Assembly (NCBI GenBank): GCA_002633005.1
Contig: NMRA01000447.1
Location: 37,791 to 79,200 of the forward strand
Length of the DNA: 41,410 bases
Reading direction: 5' to 3'
DNA from: Phoronis australis
Taxonomy: Eukaryota; Animalia; Phoronida
This document shows, one piece after another, positions 37,001-41,410 of the stretch. Numbering within the stretch: the first letter of the stretch is position 1; each line of letters opens with the position of its first letter. The notes under the pieces are model-generated. The model ran no database searches. It was not told where the DNA came from and saw nothing but the letters and a program-made list of their open reading frames with translations. The translations under genes were made by a program, and so were the position numbers.

Positions 37001-40000
37001 TGATGTGATAAATAATTACTTATATCAGCTGGAAAACAATTACTTGAAATATTTTCTTGAGATTGTGGAAACACCTCATCTTGTGCATTTTTAGCACTTG
37101 ACTAAGAGCCATCGCAAAAGAACTATGAGTTGAGATGGCCGCCTCAAGTCGAAAATTGCTGAGCTCACAGCTCTCATCTAGGCGAGAATATGTTAGTGGG
37201 AAGTTGATTCAGTTGCTATAGTATTTCCACGCCTTAACATGAGCTCAGCTATCGTACACTTGAGGCAGCCAGCTGAGCTTGTAGCTCTCCACTTACATTG
37301 TCACTAAAAGCAAAGGTGATCTAAGAAGGAAAGCAAAAAACAAAACACTGACTACACAGACCTAAAAGCTTTCACTTTTGTAATGTTATTGATTATGGGA
37401 GACATTTTACAAAGCGTACTTACAGTTTACAGATATCTACGAAATTTGCAAACAATGTTTTCTTTGCCCCAGCTTTCACGACCTGAGGAGGTTTTGTAAC
37501 AAATTTCTTTTTCTCGCCAGCTACCATCTCTGGATTTTTCTCCCTCATTATGTCAAATACACGGGTTACCAGCTGAAACCAAACCGGCATATAATGCAGA
37601 GAAGTCAACATGTCATTTATCAACGTCATTTACCAACTGAATATCACACACGGGTTGAAAATAGAACAACACAACAATGGGATGCCCAGAAAGACTGACC
37701 CATGTGGGCTTAAGAGATACTCATGCAGTGCTGAGTCACATGACTACCTCACCAGCAATTTTGATGCATCAGCTGTGTAATGATACGTTCATTAGATCTG
37801 TAGTTCACAAGGGAAAACATGCAAGACACAATTTATATAAGAGGTGAACATTTATTTGAAAATGTGCTTACTTTCAGAAAACAACACGGCTAAGGTACTC
37901 TCGATTTATCCAATCCCTAAATATTTAAGATGGACATTTTCGCTTGATGAGAGAAAGAAATGTTAATTTATTACGTGAAATAGTTAATTAAACACCATGG
38001 CAATTTAGGCAATCACTTTTGCCCCAATCTGGTTACCTTTAAACATAGACCAGACTCATCCGAGACCAACATACTTAACATACCTCATCGTAAGTGTAAT
38101 CACGATCTGTGTTGGCCCACTTGGAACTATTGGCTGAACACAGCGTTGCCTCATCTTTGGATTCTTGGCCAAGGTCCAGGTCCTGGTCTGTGAAGTTGAC
38201 CTCTTTCTTCTTTTTCTTTTTCTTCTTCATGTTGTCAAAGGCAAACTGGTCATCGTCTGCGATGAGCGGTACATCTCCGCCAGTGTCCTGTGATGCACCT
38301 CCCCCATCCTAAACGAGAAACCCATGTGCATTCAGTAGGGTAAACTGAGGGCTGTTTCTAGAAGAGTCTATTGACATTTAGCCTTCTGTCTATTCAAGCA
38401 CACTACCGATTTCTGTCTTGCGACTTAGAGTAGTAGACAGATTTTCTGAATTTCAGCCTTAGCCTGTTTTTATGAAACCATTCGTAGACTGGTACTTAGC
38501 CACAAGTCAAGACACCAGCCAATAGACTCTTCGATAATCAGGCCCCAGACATCTTGTGCATTTGGAAGTCTATGCATGATCACACTGGTAAACTGCAAGG
38601 TCTCGCTAGCTATCTGCAAATAAGCTCACAACTTTACTACTGCACACTAGGAAAATGGTTGCTACTGAAAGTAACTAGATGACTACTCGGAACATTGAGA
38701 AGCGGGAGGAAAGGGTATTGAAAACCTAGAATGCTCACTACTTTCATAGTACAAGTCAAGATTTTTTATTGCAAATTCCAGACTTAAAAGAAACTTGCTT
38801 TACTGAATGCACCCCATCTATGTTACTACAAATATTATAAGGTACCAAATACATTGTTTGCACTAGAAACTTCACATATGACAGTTCTAGTATTAACCGA
38901 TTGTCAACTGCGTATCATCATAGTTTCATATTAAGGTACAAAAATAAAGTTTTTAAATTTTCCAATTTTTGTAATTTGATCATAATCTGAAATGCAATTG
39001 AACCGGTCTTCTACAAAAAGACTGTTTAATTAAGACCACTTGTGGTACTATAATTATAAAACTGGCTCCAACTTGTTTCTCTCTCAAATTGTAAACACTG
39101 TACCGGGGAAGAAGTGAGAATTTGTTAAAGTTTGAGGCCACGCTCAGTGTACAAAATAAGCTGCTAGGTGAAGTCAGCTAGCTGAGCCTTGTCATTCAAT
39201 AACAGTCAGTTCTTTGCAAGCCCTGAAATTGTTATTTCAAGCATGGAAAAGTCCGAGTCCTAGTTTATAGGGGAAAATATCTAAAACCAAGATATTCATA
39301 GACAAAAGGCAATTGCAAAGCAGATATATGTGAATGATAATAACTGACATCAACTAAATATAGGGAAGTGAATCAAAAGATCCAAAACGTGTTAATAGGA
39401 ACAACAATGTAAAATGTAATGCATATTGACACAACAAAGACACCTCTACCAGGCATGCCAAGTTGATACTTACAGGAAGTGCATCGTCAAGGTCGCCGAG
39501 GTCGAGCGGCTTCTTCTTTTTCTTCTTTTTCCCACCAAAGTCAAGAGAAAGATCTGCATCCACAGAAATATCTATAAGACCAATATAATTTAAGCATCGG
39601 GTTGAAAAGGACTGCTTCAACAAAGTCAGCGTCACTTAATCGTCTCCAAACAGCACTGTAAAACGAAAACATACAAAACAATGTCATATGCTAGTACCAT
39701 GACGCAAACAACATAACCGCCTGAATTATTACCTGGACAGTTTCCATTTCTAACAGCAGCCATCTTCGGAAATTGATCACTGACAGATGGCGGTGCTATC
39801 AAGCTGTTCCAGGCTTTACACTCAAGTTGAATGCACTTTTGTCTCTGACACGCAGAGAGACAATGTCATGAACAGCTCAGAAGAAAGTCCGTGACCAAAC
39901 TGTGCAAAGTTTGTTACAGCCTGACCAATACTACAAGCAACCATTACTAAGTGAGGTGCTATACGCATTTTGTAATGTAATGAAATTACCTCTGTGCCCA

Positions 40001-40153
40001 CTGTAGCTTACCTTCACTGCCACCCTCTTCCTTAGCCTGTGTTTCCTCACTCTCACCAGAGGCCACTTCAGTTGACTCGCCACCTAGAGCTGCATCCAAG
40101 TCAAAAGGGGTCTTCTTTTTCTTTTTCTTCTTTTTCAAACTTGGATCAAATAT
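33907..40153 (-). CDS. EIF2S2: Eukaryotic translation initiation factor 2 subunit beta, six coding exons (5'-partial, 311 aa + stop): join complement(40153-40012, 39571-39474, 38308-38084, 37572-37424, 36798-36656, 34085-33907)
   Basis: Exon lengths 142+98+225+149+143+179 = 936 nt with compatible phases and GT-AG borders. Three poly-Lys boxes, [15 protein letters not shown] and the C4 zinc ribbon CHTC...CETC are present. Confidence 0.95.
35571..36538. mobile_element. Kolobok-like internal-deletion derivative in the last EIF2S2 intron
   Basis: Flanked by TTAA at 35567 and 36539, with weak TIRs (agtgtacgtaacatg vs acagtacacaccatg). Plus strand: broken THAP domain at 35814-36009 ([11 protein letters not shown]...F/PKD...W...[11 protein letters not shown]). 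Minus strand: convergent acidic frame at ~36333-36065 ([13 protein letters not shown]...LRPYKLDPP). Confidence 0.65.
36656..36798 (-). CDS. EIF2S2: EIF2S2 exon
   Basis: tttcag|[47 protein letters not shown]|gtaagt. Confidence 0.95.
37134..37273. mobile_element. Small foldback/MITE in an EIF2S2 intron
   Basis: ggccgcctcaagt...gctgagctca is mirrored by tgagctcagc...acttgaggcagcc. Confidence 0.55.
37424..37572 (-). CDS. EIF2S2: EIF2S2 exon
   Basis: tttcag|[49 protein letters not shown](L)|gtaagt. Confidence 0.95.
38084..38308 (-). CDS. EIF2S2: EIF2S2 exon with K-box 3
   Basis: tttag|DGGGASQD...[14 protein letters not shown]...[12 protein letters not shown]|gtatgt. Confidence 0.9.
38347..38546. 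mobile_element. 200 bp MITE in an EIF2S2 intron
   Basis: gagggctgtttctagaagagtctattg vs caatagactcttcgataatcaggcccc (imperfect TIRs). Confidence 0.65.
39474..39571 (-). CDS. EIF2S2: EIF2S2 exon with K-box 2
   Basis: tag|(D)[32 protein letters not shown]|gtaagt. A second in-phase AG 18 nt downstream is a possible alternative acceptor. Confidence 0.8.
40012..40153 (-). CDS. EIF2S2: EIF2S2 exon with K-box 1
   Basis: ttttcag|[24 protein letters not shown]...GGSE|gtaag. Confidence 0.9.
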
Positions 40154-40877
40154 CTGAAAAACCACAGAAGAGAGAATTCATTATCACTTTAGAGATCACG
40201 GGCCTGCTTCAAGAAAACTGACTAAGCTATTAAAGACAATTTTAAGATAGAACTTCAATTTGTCTAAGTCCGTTCCAAGAAAGTGATCTTAAATTTGACG
40301 CAAGTTTTTGACATAAGTTTTGTCTTACGTTCGACTACCTTAACAGATGTATTTCAAAGTTTGGAATTTGAGACAAATCTTGGACTTGAAGTAAAAATTG
40401 TACTTAAATTGAGCCCAATCACTACTACTACTACTCAAAATTAGGAGTGTCCTGCGTATTAAGTGATGAACAATTTTCCCCTCTCTGATCCCTGACACTT
40501 AGTGCATGGTTTGGGACTGTAGGCCTCAGCTCATCATTATTTTACTCTATTTTGTCTTATACTAATTTTTATACTAATTTATTTTATAAATCTTTCAATC
40601 TCATTGTACATAGCTCTCTGTATTTTACTTCACGTAATTATTTCTGACTGGGCCCACTTGAAAATCACTGTATTCACTAAAGACAAGTGGCCACCCAGTC
40701 TTTTAAAGAAGTTTAAATTTCAAATAAATAAACAAATATCCCTTTCAGGGTCACACCTGAAGGCAGAAGAACACAAGTGTCACAAGTTACCCTTGCTCAT
40801 CAACAGACTTTTCCATTTTTTTCTAAAAATTCAGACTTCTTCTGTTTACTTTCTGCAGTATCTTGAGTTTATCGCCC

Positions 40878-40983
40878 ATGCCACCCAAAAAAAATTCTCC
40901 CAGATTCCATTAGGCAGTTCTGGGTAAATCCTGGCTAATACGCTAACCTCCCCCTCTAACTCAAAATCCTGGATCCACCCCTG
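40878..40983 (+). mobile_element. Same MITE family, partial copy
   Basis: aaattctcccagattccatt...ctaactcaaaatcctggatccacccctg matches 9751-9868. Confidence 0.75.
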
Positions 40984-41410
40984 GTTCTATAATAGCTAAG
41001 CCGCCTCTACTGAGCCAGCTAGAGACGGTGGTCACTGTCTATGGTAAACATTGAGCAGATAATGCTTCAGGTAGGGAGGACAATCAAAAAGTAGGTCACG
41101 GTGCTCCATATCTGCCTCCGTGTAAAACCCACGTCGGTAAATTACCCGATTTCAGACTTCAAAGTTAACTATAAGACGATTATGTGTTATGAATCGTTAC
41201 CTTAGTCTTTATTTGTGAGTTTGTAATCTTTTTGTCTCAAATTAGCGCTGATAAATCATTTTTTGTAAGCTTTTTTTAGCGCACGATTTTCCGCCATGCG
41301 ATCAACTTTCGAAAAAGTACCTCTTGTTCCTCCTATCCAAAAGAGCACTATACTCTCAAATACAAACATGAAATTTGGACAGGATGTAGTTTAGATGCGT
41401 GCGCATCTCC

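Noticed and set aside
40154-41410. First (ATG) exon of EIF2S2
   Set aside because: The minus-strand ATGs I checked do not lead to a phase-0 donor; the exon is probably beyond the window.

Overview
AT-rich eukaryotic (metazoan, probably marine invertebrate) genomic DNA from a draft assembly; single N bases at 1819, 29398 and 33240 look like contig joins. Genes: (1) an intact, single-coding-exon DUF229 (alkaline-phosphatase superfamily) ORF at 26434-28383 (+); (2) six coding exons of translation initiation factor eIF2-beta (EIF2S2) on the minus strand, 40153 to 33907, with the ATG exon not found in the window; (3) two disrupted copies of an intronless class A GPCR (2308-3298 and 30276-31104) inside a ~2.1 kb direct duplication. 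Most other sequence is transposon debris: Kolobok-like THAP relics, a YqaJ exonuclease relic, several MITE families, a Helitron-like repeat carrying CTCF-like motifs, and a tandem ~870 bp element with a tRNA-derived segment. Two observations stand out. First, the palindrome TACATGTA occurs at least 10 times, and two separate paralog comparisons show it replacing a plain TA, the pattern of a Tc1/mariner excision footprint. Second, the tandem element has an internal site complementary to its own head-to-tail junction. All calls were made by eye, without database searches.
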